A stretch of DNA of 32,680 nucleotides, taken from positions 1 to 32,680 of the forward strand of contig CAYWJO010000039.1 in the NCBI GenBank assembly GCA_964458565.1, given 5' to 3'. The position numbers and the translations under genes were made by a program. The DNA is from an uncultured archaeon. GTDB taxonomy: Archaea; Asgardarchaeota; Thorarchaeia; Thorarchaeales; Thorarchaeaceae. The notes under the pieces were generated by a model. The model was not told the DNA's origin and did not search any database. It saw nothing but the letters and a program-made list of their open reading frames with translations. Position 1 is the first letter of the stretch. Each line of letters opens with the position of its first letter. Below, piece by piece: positions 8,282 through 17,962 of the stretch.

Positions 8282-8890
8282 ATGACACCAGTTGATTCAG
8301 CTAGGAATGTACCTCTAGTATGGTGTCCTATTATTCCACTAGATAAAATTGATGAACTCTCAGACTATGAGGAAGAGCTTCGTACTCTTGCTGATGTTTA
8401 TGATGATTGGGCAGCATCAATGAGAGGAAAACCGATTACAGGGGGAGAAGTGGGAATCTATCTGGACAGAATTCGAATCCTAATGTTTAGAGTTGGTGTT
8501 GCCTCCGGTACAAACCGTGAGTTTGCTGAAAAGGCCCAGTCGATTATATCTGATGAACTCAGAAAACAAGCTATGCGTTCTGTCAAAGCTATTTGGGAGG
8601 ATTCGAAGAGTAAAAGGGTTATGAAGAACATACTCAATAATTTTTTTTCTGATATTAGGTTCACTCGAGATATTGACCCTGTTGAGGAGATGGAAAAAGC
8701 AGTTACAAAATCACTCAAGTCCAAATCGACAAAGGTTCTAGGGAGTAAGAGAAAAGACCTTGCTCGAAGAACCGAGAAAAAATCCAGCGTAGACGTGAAA
8801 TCTGTCAGGGCAATTTTAGTAGAAGCGACGAGAATAGTTTTGAGGATCTATATGAAACTTCTAAGTCCAGATCCTTGGAGTCTGGACTAG
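8282..8890 (+). CDS. hypothetical protein
   Basis: About 200 aa, helical-looking ORF ending LLSPDPW. No recognised motif. Confidence 0.65.
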   Translation: MTPVDSARNVPLVWCPIIPLDKIDELSDYEEELRTLADVYDDWAASMRGKPITGGEVGIYLDRIRILMFRVGVASGTNREFAEKAQSIISDELRKQAMRSVKAIWEDSKSKRVMKNILNNFFSDIRFTRDIDPVEEMEKAVTKSLKSKSTKVLGSKRKDLARRTEKKSSVDVKSVRAILVEATRIVLRIYMKLLSPDPWSLD

Positions 8891-8903
8891 ATTCGTCTTG
8901 ATG

Positions 8904-9479
8904 CTATTTTTCAGCAATTATCATGTCATTCTCCTTCCTAAAGTGCATGTGTGATTGTTTTGATATTCTCCAATCAGTAAGATGAAGAGTCACATGTATT
9001 TGCGTCTTTGAAACCTCAATCTCCATGAAGCTCGCATCTTGTACTCCAGTCCACCCTCCGGTGGCCCCGGATAATGTGCCCGGGTTCAAGAATAGTTTAT
9101 CCTTGTACAGAGTTATATCTGATTGATGGGTATGTCCATGAATTGTTACATCGGAATTTACCTGTTGGGCAATTTTGTAAAGTTCTTGGATACTTCCTCT
9201 TGGTCGTAGTTGGGTGCCATGCAATAGAAGAAAGTCAAAATCCTCGATCTTTAATATTTCATGATGGTTATAGGAAGTATAGTCCATATTTCCTTGAACA
9301 ATGTAGCAATGTGGAAGAGCTGGTAATGCGTTTCTCATGTCGACTTCTCTGACTAAATCTCCGGTGACGAGCGCAAAATCATATTCGGACTTCTCAATAT
9401 GTGCAAAGAATGATGGAGGAATTGAGTTTCGACGTGATGGAATATGTGTGTCTCCAAATAGAAGGACCCGTTTCATCAA
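8904..9479 (-). CDS. YfcE/MJ0936/Vps29-like metallophosphoesterase
   Basis: GDTHIPSR, TGDL, VQGNMD, LHG, HGHTH, NPGTLSGATG. Confidence 0.88.
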   Translation of the reverse strand: MMKRVLLFGDTHIPSRRNSIPPSFFAHIEKSEYDFALVTGDLVREVDMRNALPALPHCYIVQGNMDYTSYNHHEILKIEDFDFLLLHGTQLRPRGSIQELYKIAQQVNSDVTIHGHTHQSDITLYKDKLFLNPGTLSGATGGWTGVQDASFMEIEVSKTQIHVTLHLTDWRISKQSHMHFRKENDMIIAEK

Positions 9480-9499
9480 TTACGGCCTCTTGATTGATC

Positions 9500-11734
9500 T
9501 CAATCGGAACGAGCTCGTTCGAGATTCTCAAGTATCTTAAGATACACTTCTTTCTTTTGGCCTTTTGATAACTTTGCTAATCGCTCGACAATCAACTCAG
9601 GTGTACTTCTTGCAAGAACACCGAATTTTGGAGTTCTATCAACAATCAACTCAAGGTTTTCATCCAAACCCTTTGCTTCAATTCCATCAATTCGAACCGG
9701 TACATCAGTCACCTCTCTCACTTCACGTGCAAGATGACTACAGAGTACAGTGCAACTTCTTGAATCAGATTGCAGTATTTCAATGAGACCAGCTATCACA
9801 TTTGCAGCACTACCTGGTTCAGTAATTGCCTCAATTTCATCAAAGAGAGCCAATTTATGTTTTCCAGACACAACAATGTCTGCGAACTGCTTCAGTGTTG
9901 TTTCAAACGCTCCCGCACTCACAATCCCACGGCTTTTGTAGAAGAAGTAGGTTTCTTCAAAGGGACATAAATACGCAACATCTGCGGGTACTGGAAATCC
10001 GGCCTGAGCCATGGTCGCAATTTGAGCTAAGGTCTGAATTGTAGTTGTCTTTCCACCACTATTGGCTCCAGAAAGGATTGCGCAATTCTCTTTATTGGTG
10101 CCCTGTGGCTGAAACGGTGTGTTGCCAATTGTATAATCGATTGGCTGGACCCGCCCATGTTTTCCCTTCAACATGCTTTCAAGAAGAAAGAGGTTATTGG
10201 CACCTTGAACACCTATGCCTGAGTACTCTCTTGAAAAGATAGGGCGTGTGAGGTTATAGTCAATAGAAAAGAGCCCTACAGCAAGAAAGAGATCGAACTC
10301 GAGTAATGTCTGCACGGCGTTATTGACTGAATCTTTTAGCACATCCAGTTCTTTTGCTATACTTTTGACAAGATAGTATTGTCTGTCTGCGAATAATCGT
10401 CTAAGACGGTCCTCAAGGTCATTAATTTGAGTGTGAACCATCTTTACAGGAAGCGCTATTTCCTCACTTACAACGCCCGTCACCCAGTCAGATTCACGTG
10501 CCGTAAGTCCAAGCATCTCTGCTAACTTATCTTCAGCCTCTTGGACTGTGGTTGTGAAAGTTTCAATGATTTCTGCGGGAAGCATATTACGAAGTGACCC
10601 CGCATCAGTCCCTTCAAGGTCAGCGGATTGAAGAATGCTTATGATCTGCTGGCCTCCCAAAGTGATTTGGCTCTTGGCTATTCTAGATTTGATTTGTTCG
10701 TTGAGCCAAGATTCAACCTCTGCAATAGCAGTTGGAAAGACCTTCACCGCTTTCCGATAGCGATCAAGAGCCGCATCAACGTCATCAGCAATCTCTCCGT
10801 CCTCGTTTATATTTTCTATAATTCCTCCTACACGAGACAATTTTTCAAAATCAAGCCCATTTGCAAAATCATTCACAGAGTCATTAGTTGGTATTTCAGT
10901 AAATAGCTTGGCTAGTTGACATGCAGCATCAATAACTCGATAATTTCTAGAATAAAAAGCAAGAGTACGTTCAGGAAGAAGGTTATCAACAGTCCAGTTT
11001 TTACCAAGTATCTCTACATTATCTAGCATATCCAAAGAGTCATCATACACTCCAAACGGAGAGATAAATAGGACGAGGTCATAACCTCTTGAATAATCAA
11101 TGGCATTTTCACCCTCTGACATTAAATAGACAGGACACCACTTGTCAACTTCCTCGATGACCAGTTTGTCATAGACTTTTTCATCATTTGTCAGAACGAC
11201 TCGTCCTTCTAGTCGCTTAGGTTTTGAACGACGATAGAGACCTCGAACTTGGGAGAGATGAGTGATTAGTGATTTGCGTTGTTCTTCAGTAAGGCTTTTT
11301 GTCATAGATGTAGCATCAGCAAAATACTCCTGCCTCTCCTCGATTACAGAAAGTTTTTCGGGAGGTAGTGGAAAATACAGTAAGAGCTTGTCTTTTGCAT
11401 AACTCGTATTTGCATACCCACGAATAATATCGAGTACAGATTCGAATATTTTACGAATATCTACAGTTCTCAAGAGCATATTCGAACTGGCACCGAACTC
11501 TTGTTCAAAGGCGCCTTTTACGATGTTGACAGCTTGTCGAGTTCCTATTCCTGGAACAGCTGCAATAAGATCCACTCTTGAGTCCATGATTACTTTGAGT
11601 GCAACAGTCTCATTTCCAAAGTGATCTACTAATGCCTTTCTGATTTTATCACCCACACCTGGGACGTCCGAAAGATGCTCGATGCTCACCATTGAATCCT
11701 CTATGTCTTGAATATTGGTAGTTATACTCGTCAT
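9500..11734 (-). CDS. archaeal MutS-related ATPase with N-terminal helix-hairpin-helix motifs
   Basis: Two HhH motifs (VPGVG, VPGIG), Walker A SGANSGGKTT, AQAGFPVPA, SAGAFETTL, Walker B LALFDEIE, SHL. Confidence 0.88.
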   Translation of the reverse strand: MTSITTNIQDIEDSMVSIEHLSDVPGVGDKIRKALVDHFGNETVALKVIMDSRVDLIAAVPGIGTRQAVNIVKGAFEQEFGASSNMLLRTVDIRKIFESVLDIIRGYANTSYAKDKLLLYFPLPPEKLSVIEERQEYFADATSMTKSLTEEQRKSLITHLSQVRGLYRRSKPKRLEGRVVLTNDEKVYDKLVIEEVDKWCPVYLMSEGENAIDYSRGYDLVLFISPFGVYDDSLDMLDNVEILGKNWTVDNLLPERTLAFYSRNYRVIDAACQLAKLFTEIPTNDSVNDFANGLDFEKLSRVGGIIENINEDGEIADDVDAALDRYRKAVKVFPTAIAEVESWLNEQIKSRIAKSQITLGGQQIISILQSADLEGTDAGSLRNMLPAEIIETFTTTVQEAEDKLAEMLGLTARESDWVTGVVSEEIALPVKMVHTQINDLEDRLRRLFADRQYYLVKSIAKELDVLKDSVNNAVQTLLEFDLFLAVGLFSIDYNLTRPIFSREYSGIGVQGANNLFLLESMLKGKHGRVQPIDYTIGNTPFQPQGTNKENCAILSGANSGGKTTTIQTLAQIATMAQAGFPVPADVAYLCPFEETYFFYKSRGIVSAGAFETTLKQFADIVVSGKHKLALFDEIEAITEPGSAANVIAGLIEILQSDSRSCTVLCSHLAREVREVTDVPVRIDGIEAKGLDENLELIVDRTPKFGVLARSTPELIVERLAKLSKGQKKEVYLKILENLERARSD

Positions 11735-11757
11735 GATTGACCCCCTTAAAGAACCTA

Positions 11758-12100
11758 TTTTTTACACTATATGGTGAGTGAACCATAGCTGTAAGAAACC
11801 TCTGTGTTCCGCCCCTCTCCTGCCGGTGTCACCACCCCTTGATATCAGATTGGTATCAAGATTAGCAAGAGTATTGTCTGTCTTCATCAAGATGGAATCC
11901 CTCCAACAGACCTGGTTTCTTTCTCCTGTCTTGTTGCTGCTTCATCACTTCCAGCGACAGAAAGAGTTCCCACAGTTTTTTCCACGGCAGGGTCCTCATC
12001 ACCCATCCTAACATCATCACTGAAGTCAAGAAGACTCGACTGAGCATGGTGAACGGCCGCGGACTCCCCAGGACCTGATGAGTGTCCCTCTTTGGAGAGT
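11758..12100 (-). ncRNA. candidate omegaRNA (reRNA) and right end of IS200/IS605-type element. The scaffold probably ends at GTTCAC (TCAC 11781-11778), followed by the guide.
   Basis: GC-rich, structured region overlapping and following the tnpB 3' end, with a hairpin at 11838-11860 and a GGTTCAC end motif. The 5' boundary is a guess. Confidence 0.5.
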
Positions 12101-13065
12101 AAGGACTTCCCTCTTGAAGAAGGCTTCTTCTCATGGGCTTTCAGTCGTGCACGTCGGATAGTTGTTCCTTGAACAACTGCTCTAGTCCACAAACCTAGTC
12201 CTCTCACAGAGTACAGTGACTTTGTGAGCTTAAGCATGCGTGCTGCGATATTGATACTACCATTCTTGTCAGCATTGGTCTTGTGTCCACAAGATGGACA
12301 GTGGAATAAGTTCTGTTTGGGTCTTCTTCCTCTACTTCCACACTTCCAACACATGATGGAGGTCCATGCCTCTGGAACAGCTCGGAATCGAGCATTCTTT
12401 CCATCGACCTTCCATCCGAGCTGTGCAAGACCATGCTTTAGACTATTAGTTACTCTAGCGAAGGCCCAAGAGTGTATCATACCTCTGAACCTTCGTCCCT
12501 TGTAGTTTCCTTTCTTCGCACGCAATCGTATATTCTTCAGGCGACCAATGGCAACATAGAGTGTGTATTTGATGGATAATTCAGAAATGTAGTCAAGAAG
12601 ATTATGGACAAGTACCCGGTCATATTCTCGCGAAACATTCTCTCTCTTGGAACGTGTCTTTCGGAGACTCTCTGCAACCTTATCAGATGATTCCCCATTG
12701 TTATTCCGGATATGCATCTCTCTCTGAAGATTTGCTACAAGATTATCATATTTCTTAATGAGTTCGACCTTCTCTCTCTGAACAAAGTAGCGAGTTTCTC
12801 TTGTCTTTTCAGGAGTGACAAGAGTAGAACAGGCTGCTTTCTTAATACCGAGGTCAATGCCCAGGATGGCAACAGGTAGGTTGTTTTCTGAAATCATATC
12901 AGGAATTATCTTTACTGCTAGAGTCACCCACCACTTACGTTTCCTATCTGTAAAAATCTGGAGAGCTTTTACATCACCTCGTTCAATCTGATTAAGATGG
13001 AAGGGTGACATCTTAAGAGGAATTCTCAAGCGATCATGGATTCTTCTACCATCCTGTGCAGAGTC
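11887..13065 (-). pseudogene. tnpB: 5'-truncated TnpB RNA-guided endonuclease with rearranged RuvC-II
   Basis: RuvC-I GIDLG, YVAIGRL (G at canonical E), VPEAWTS, Zn finger CWKC...CPSC, RuvC-III NADKNGSINI. Only about 60-70 aa precede RuvC-I, so most of REC/WED is missing. Confidence 0.85.
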
Positions 13066-14231
13066 AGACTGGATGATGACGAGTTTACAAGGATTCCTGA
13101 GAAAATAATCTCGTTTTCAAGGGGTTCCATGACCAGCAGGAAGAGTCCATCTGTGCCATTGAGGATTGGGTCATGGACATCTACAATCGGAAAGCCTTCT
13201 CCGTCTGTGGTTCCAGCTATATATATCTGTCCTGCATCATCGACAGATATTGTAGAGGCACGGTCACCACCAGACCCCCCAAGATACGTCGAGAACATAA
13301 GATGCCCAGTTTCATTGATTCTAGCTATGAAGATATCATACGAACCATTGAGTGTGGTATCAAGGGCGTTCAGTATGAGAAAGTCTGCAGAAGTCGTATA
13401 ACCAACAATTCCTACTCCTCCCTGAGAATCAATAGCAACCCCATATGTAGTTTCTTTGTCACTCGTACCGAGATACATCGAATAGTTCATACTATTTCCA
13501 TCATTAGACAGTCTGAACACAAATCCATCTCTTGTCCCTCCAAGCGTGTGACATGATGGTTGAGAGTTTGATGTAACAACTGGAAAGTCAGTAGAAAACG
13601 TATCGCCCACGACAATACAATCTCCATTTTCAGCTACTGCAAGACCATACGGGGCGTCATTAGCAGATCCGCCAACATAGGTAGAGAACACCAGATTACT
13701 ACCATCTGGACTGATTTTTACAACAAAGCAGTCCTCACCAGAGTTGTGTGTGTCATCATACGCATTGACGGTGGGGAAGTCACTGCTGTCTGTACTCCCC
13801 GCCACGTATACATTTCCCAAGTCATCAACTTCTATGTCACTACCATAGTCATCGCCCGATCCACCGAGAAATGTGGAGTAGATTATCTCCTGACCATCAC
13901 TACTGAGCTTCATGACGAAGGCATCGATGGGTAACCATTCCAGTGTACCCCCATCATGTGACCTGTCAAATGCACCTTCAGTGGTGGGGAAGTCTATCGA
14001 CTCAGTAGTTCCAGTGATGTAGATGTAACCATTGGCATCTATTGCTATATCCGCCATGTAATCATAACCCTGCCCTCCGAAATAGGTCGAGAACTGGAGG
14101 TCAAGATTCCCAGATAGTCTATGATTTCCTGATACTGTGACATTGTCTGGTTCTATTGGAGATATATTGTACATAACTCCCATTATAAGGAGTATAGCAA
14201 GGATTAACACGTTCATTGTTCTATGATTCAT
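13026..14231 (-). pseudogene. SBBP-repeat (beta-propeller) secreted/surface protein, apparently 3'-truncated at the tnpB junction
   Basis: Signal peptide, repeated STYxGG..D....IAVD..GNxYxxG.T.S.DFP..D.FV.K units, GGAGG SD before ATG 14231. The last repeat breaks off into out-of-frame tnpB sequence. Confidence 0.8.
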
Positions 14232-14632
14232 CAGCAAGGACCCTCCAGCATCATTACAGGTTCTCGAGGTTGTACATAATCTCTCTTGTGTTGATTTGAA
14301 CATATTCTTCTCATATTCTTCCAATAGAAACACAATGAATTTTCTCCTTAGCCCTCGTTTCATATGCACTACCTCAGATACGAGTTTTTGGAACACCCTT
14401 ACATTTGGGAACTAGATATCTTGGTGTGATGTCCACATAGGTGTTACAATATAATATTATAATTAAAAAACTAATAACATAAACATTTCACCCCCTTAAA
14501 GCGTTCGCTCTATAGTCCATTGACTAGGGGTTACGACATGACGGACATGACGAACCCCAGAGCATAGATGAATCTTCTAACTAGTAGTAAAGATAGAGGT
14601 ACTATATACTCCTACATTATTATGAATGAGAT

Positions 14633-15616
14633 TCAATATCCTCTCACCATATCAACAACGCTATCAAGAGGCTCCCCATGGATAAAGCGTAATATATTCT
14701 TTACAGATGATTGAATTTGAAGTTCTTCAACATGCTTTGAATATGCAGCACGATGAGGTGATAAGATTACATTGTCAAGTTCGTGAATAGGAAATTCGGA
14801 TGGGAAAAAATCATCCCTCTGATTCGACGATGGGTAACGCCACCATACATCAAGAGCAGCTCCACGAATTTTGCCTTCCTTTAGTGCTCTAAAGAGTGCA
14901 TCCTCTTCTACTATAGCACCACGTGATATATTGACCAGAATTGCATTGGGTTTCATTTTTGAAAGAAACTTCTCATCAACAAGACCCTTTGATTCTTCAG
15001 TAAGTGGTAATGAAAGAATAACAAAATCGGCAGCTTGAACAGCATCCATAATATCATCGATACAGATCATTTTGTCTACAAGCTCACTATGTTTACTCAA
15101 TCCAGTCTTTGTGACTGCATGAATAGTAGTATCGAATGCACGAAGATGTTTGGCTATCTCAACTCCCACATTACCCAATCCGATAATTAGGCAAATGCTG
15201 TTTCGAAGCTCAATATTATGGATTGGTCCACCCCAACTTAAGATCCAATCACCTCTTCTCATGGTTCTATCATTCATTACTAGATTCTTTGCTGCAGCGA
15301 GAAGCAACGCTACAGTATATTCCCCTACTTCAGGTGCATTCACATGTGTGTTGCATACAATAATGTTCTTGCGTTCTAATACAGCTTCTCTATCAACACC
15401 GTTTACACCTGCACCAAAAGTTTGAATCAGACGGAGATTTTGATTCGCGCGAATATATTCAGCAGGAACACGTCCTGATGCAATCACAGTAGCATCACCA
15501 CCATGCTCTATCATAGAAGTGATTTCACGAGTGGATTGTACTACCTCAGCTTCCGAACCCAAAATATCACGCACGGTTTTTACGAGTTCATCTGTGTATG
15601 GGACTAATACTTTCAT
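14633..15616 (-). CDS. D-isomer-specific 2-hydroxyacid dehydrogenase
   Basis: GAGVNGVD, IIGLGNVG, LVNISRG, GAALDVW, SPHRA. Start taken at MKVLVPY. Confidence 0.92.
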   Translation of the reverse strand: MKVLVPYTDELVKTVRDILGSEAEVVQSTREITSMIEHGGDATVIASGRVPAEYIRANQNLRLIQTFGAGVNGVDREAVLERKNIIVCNTHVNAPEVGEYTVALLLAAAKNLVMNDRTMRRGDWILSWGGPIHNIELRNSICLIIGLGNVGVEIAKHLRAFDTTIHAVTKTGLSKHSELVDKMICIDDIMDAVQAADFVILSLPLTEESKGLVDEKFLSKMKPNAILVNISRGAIVEEDALFRALKEGKIRGAALDVWWRYPSSNQRDDFFPSEFPIHELDNVILSPHRAAYSKHVEELQIQSSVKNILRFIHGEPLDSVVDMVRGY

Positions 15617-15702
15617 TGTGAAGCACTTGGGTAGAACTAGAAAGAGCGGCTTAATTGTTAATACATAGGGGCAGTGAGCTTGATTGCTCACTGCGAATTA
15701 AT

Positions 15703-17187
15703 CTAATACGATCTAGCAATGTAGACGATTTCTTCTGCCATTTTTCCGCAGACGGGACATACTCCGCTAGTAACTTCTTCTTTATCAATTCGTGTGCCTC
15801 GAATCTCTCCACCGGTCCGGTCTTTAATTTCTTCAGCACAGGCTAAACCCTCCATCTCAATGGTACAGAATGGGCTTCGAGCAATTTTGGATTTGTTGAG
15901 AGCGTCGTCAATGAGACCGATTGTATCAGCATCTACGATAAGTCCATCAAAGTTGGATTCTGCTTGTGACCTCAGAGTCGTGTCGATTTCTTCACCTAAT
16001 GCTTTTACTCGTTTAGTAATCCCCTTGAGTTCTATAGTTTCTTTCTTCAGAAGGTCTCTACGGAATAGGACGACCTTATCTTCCTGGACCTCTTTTGGTC
16101 CGATATGGACTCGGATAGGTACACCTTTCATCTCCCACCAGTTGTATTTCCATCCCGGTGTGGCTTCACGATTATCCAGGTGTGTACGGAAACCAGCCTT
16201 CTGAAGCTTAGATTTCACTTTCTGGCAATACTTCAGCACTTCTTCTTCGGTCTTAGCCTTGAAGATTGGCACAATTACGACCTGATATGGTGCGATCTTA
16301 AAGGGAAGTCTGAGGCCTCTATCGTCACCATGTACAGCAATCATAGCCCCATATATTCGTGATATTGCAGGACCGTAGCATGTCTGAAATGCATACACAA
16401 ATTCATTATCATCATTAAGATACTTGATATCAAATGCTCTTGCGAAGTTGTCTCCAAGATCATGAGTCGATGGAAGTTGAATGACTTTTCCATCAGGCAT
16501 TAGGGTATCAGCAGCGTATGTGTTCAAACCTCCGGGAAACTTATCCCATTGTGTACGTCTGAATACCATTACAGGAATACCGTAGTCTCCTGTCACCACT
16601 TCCTTAGTAATCTCAAGATCTTCTAGAACTTGTGCCTTTCCCTCTTCATGAGTAGCATAGACATTGTGACTTTCGATCCAGAGAAACTCGCGCCCTCTTA
16701 GAAAGGGTCGCGTACTCTTTATCTCTGATCTGAAAATTGATGCGCGTTGGTATAACTTCATGGGAAGATCACGCCAGCTTCGTACCCAGAGTGAATACAT
16801 TGGATAGATAGCGGTCTCACTAGTGGGTCTGAGAGCTAATCTCTCTTCCAATTTGCCATCCTCACCATAGTCCTCAATCCAAAACACCTGAGGAGTGAAT
16901 CCTTCAACATGTTGTGCCTCTCTTGTAAGGTTACTCTCGGGGATTACGGTAGGGAAAATCATTGGCAAGTGATCTCTGCGTTGTAGAGAATCTTCGAGAT
17001 AATCGAACATAAGTTCCATTGACATTGTACTCCAGGGAGGAAAAGGAGTGAATCCCTTTACTCCATATCGAACGTCAGCCAACTCAGCAAGTTTGCAAAT
17101 TTCTGTATACCAGTCTGGAAAATTGCCAGTCTTACTGATATTGAAAATAGCCTGTTTATTCTGTTTCGTTTCTTCACTACCGCTCAT
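15703..17187 (-). CDS. proS: proline--tRNA ligase (archaeal/eukaryal type)
   Basis: RPTSET, SWRDLP, TRPFLRGREFLW.E.H, HGDDRGL, PGWKYNWWEMKGVP, C-terminal ARSY. Confidence 0.97.
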   Translation of the reverse strand: MSGSEETKQNKQAIFNISKTGNFPDWYTEICKLAELADVRYGVKGFTPFPPWSTMSMELMFDYLEDSLQRRDHLPMIFPTVIPESNLTREAQHVEGFTPQVFWIEDYGEDGKLEERLALRPTSETAIYPMYSLWVRSWRDLPMKLYQRASIFRSEIKSTRPFLRGREFLWIESHNVYATHEEGKAQVLEDLEITKEVVTGDYGIPVMVFRRTQWDKFPGGLNTYAADTLMPDGKVIQLPSTHDLGDNFARAFDIKYLNDDNEFVYAFQTCYGPAISRIYGAMIAVHGDDRGLRLPFKIAPYQVVIVPIFKAKTEEEVLKYCQKVKSKLQKAGFRTHLDNREATPGWKYNWWEMKGVPIRVHIGPKEVQEDKVVLFRRDLLKKETIELKGITKRVKALGEEIDTTLRSQAESNFDGLIVDADTIGLIDDALNKSKIARSPFCTIEMEGLACAEEIKDRTGGEIRGTRIDKEEVTSGVCPVCGKMAEEIVYIARSY

Positions 17188-17344
17188 TATAGTATCCTCT
17201 TACACGGTTATCTTGAATGGAGAACTGGCTAGGACGCAAAAGAAGCGATTTATGAATGATATGGAACATATTCACCTAGCATAATTGTTCACCAATACAT
17301 TGTCAAAGGTGATTCTTATTTAAACTTCGTCATAAGCGATTTAC

Positions 17345-17866
17345 TCAACGTTTGATGCGAGCTTCTCCTACTGCTTTGACGCGTTCGTCTAATTTATGTT
17401 CCTTTATCAGCTTAACAACACTCGGAGGTACTAGAGGTTCCCATTCACCGTCCCATCTCATAAGGTCTCGGACGTGTTTTGCACTGAATGTATTACGTTC
17501 TAATAACTCGGTTTCAAAGACTTCAATCTCTGCATCTCTGAATAATGTCTTTACTAGGGGATTGTGTGTGACTACTCTATCAAAATAAGGAATAAGTGAC
17601 CTGAGATGAGAGATCCAGATAGGATTGATACCAACATCGGGTACAGGAATGATGTACATTCGGTCCATAGAAATACCCTCTTCCATGAGTGCATACTTTA
17701 GAAACATCACTCTCTCACCACCTGTGAATGGATTGTCGGGTGTATGAGAATGCTGCGCACTTCCGATTGCAATGATAAGGATTTCATCCCTTTCAAGAAT
17801 CTGTTTAATTGTATGAAGATGTCCCCTATGAACAGGCTGAAACCGCCCTATGAATAAAGAAACCAT
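17345..17866 (-). CDS. nadM: nicotinamide-nucleotide adenylyltransferase
   Basis: FIGRFQPVHRGH, IGSAQHSHTPDNPFTGGER, WEPLVP. Confidence 0.95.
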   Translation of the reverse strand: MVSLFIGRFQPVHRGHLHTIKQILERDEILIIAIGSAQHSHTPDNPFTGGERVMFLKYALMEEGISMDRMYIIPVPDVGINPIWISHLRSLIPYFDRVVTHNPLVKTLFRDAEIEVFETELLERNTFSAKHVRDLMRWDGEWEPLVPPSVVKLIKEHKLDERVKAVGEARIKR

Positions 17867-17962
17867 TGCTCATCAACACCACGAAAATGAAAACAATGAC
17901 GTAAAAACAGTTTGGAAGGACCGCGAAAGGCCTTATTTGTGAATTTGAAACTAATCCATTCA

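Noticed and set aside
11887-13029. Cas12f CRISPR effector or catalytically dead TldR
   Set aside because: No CRISPR array is nearby, and both Asp residues plus an alternative Glu are retained, which fits a rearranged TnpB.
14232-14396. Long N-terminal extensions in the ORF track (also 15617-15691, 17912-17962, 29823-30068, 8129-8182)
   Set aside because: Downstream ATGs coincide with family N-termini, signal peptides or SD motifs, so the extensions are likely artefacts.
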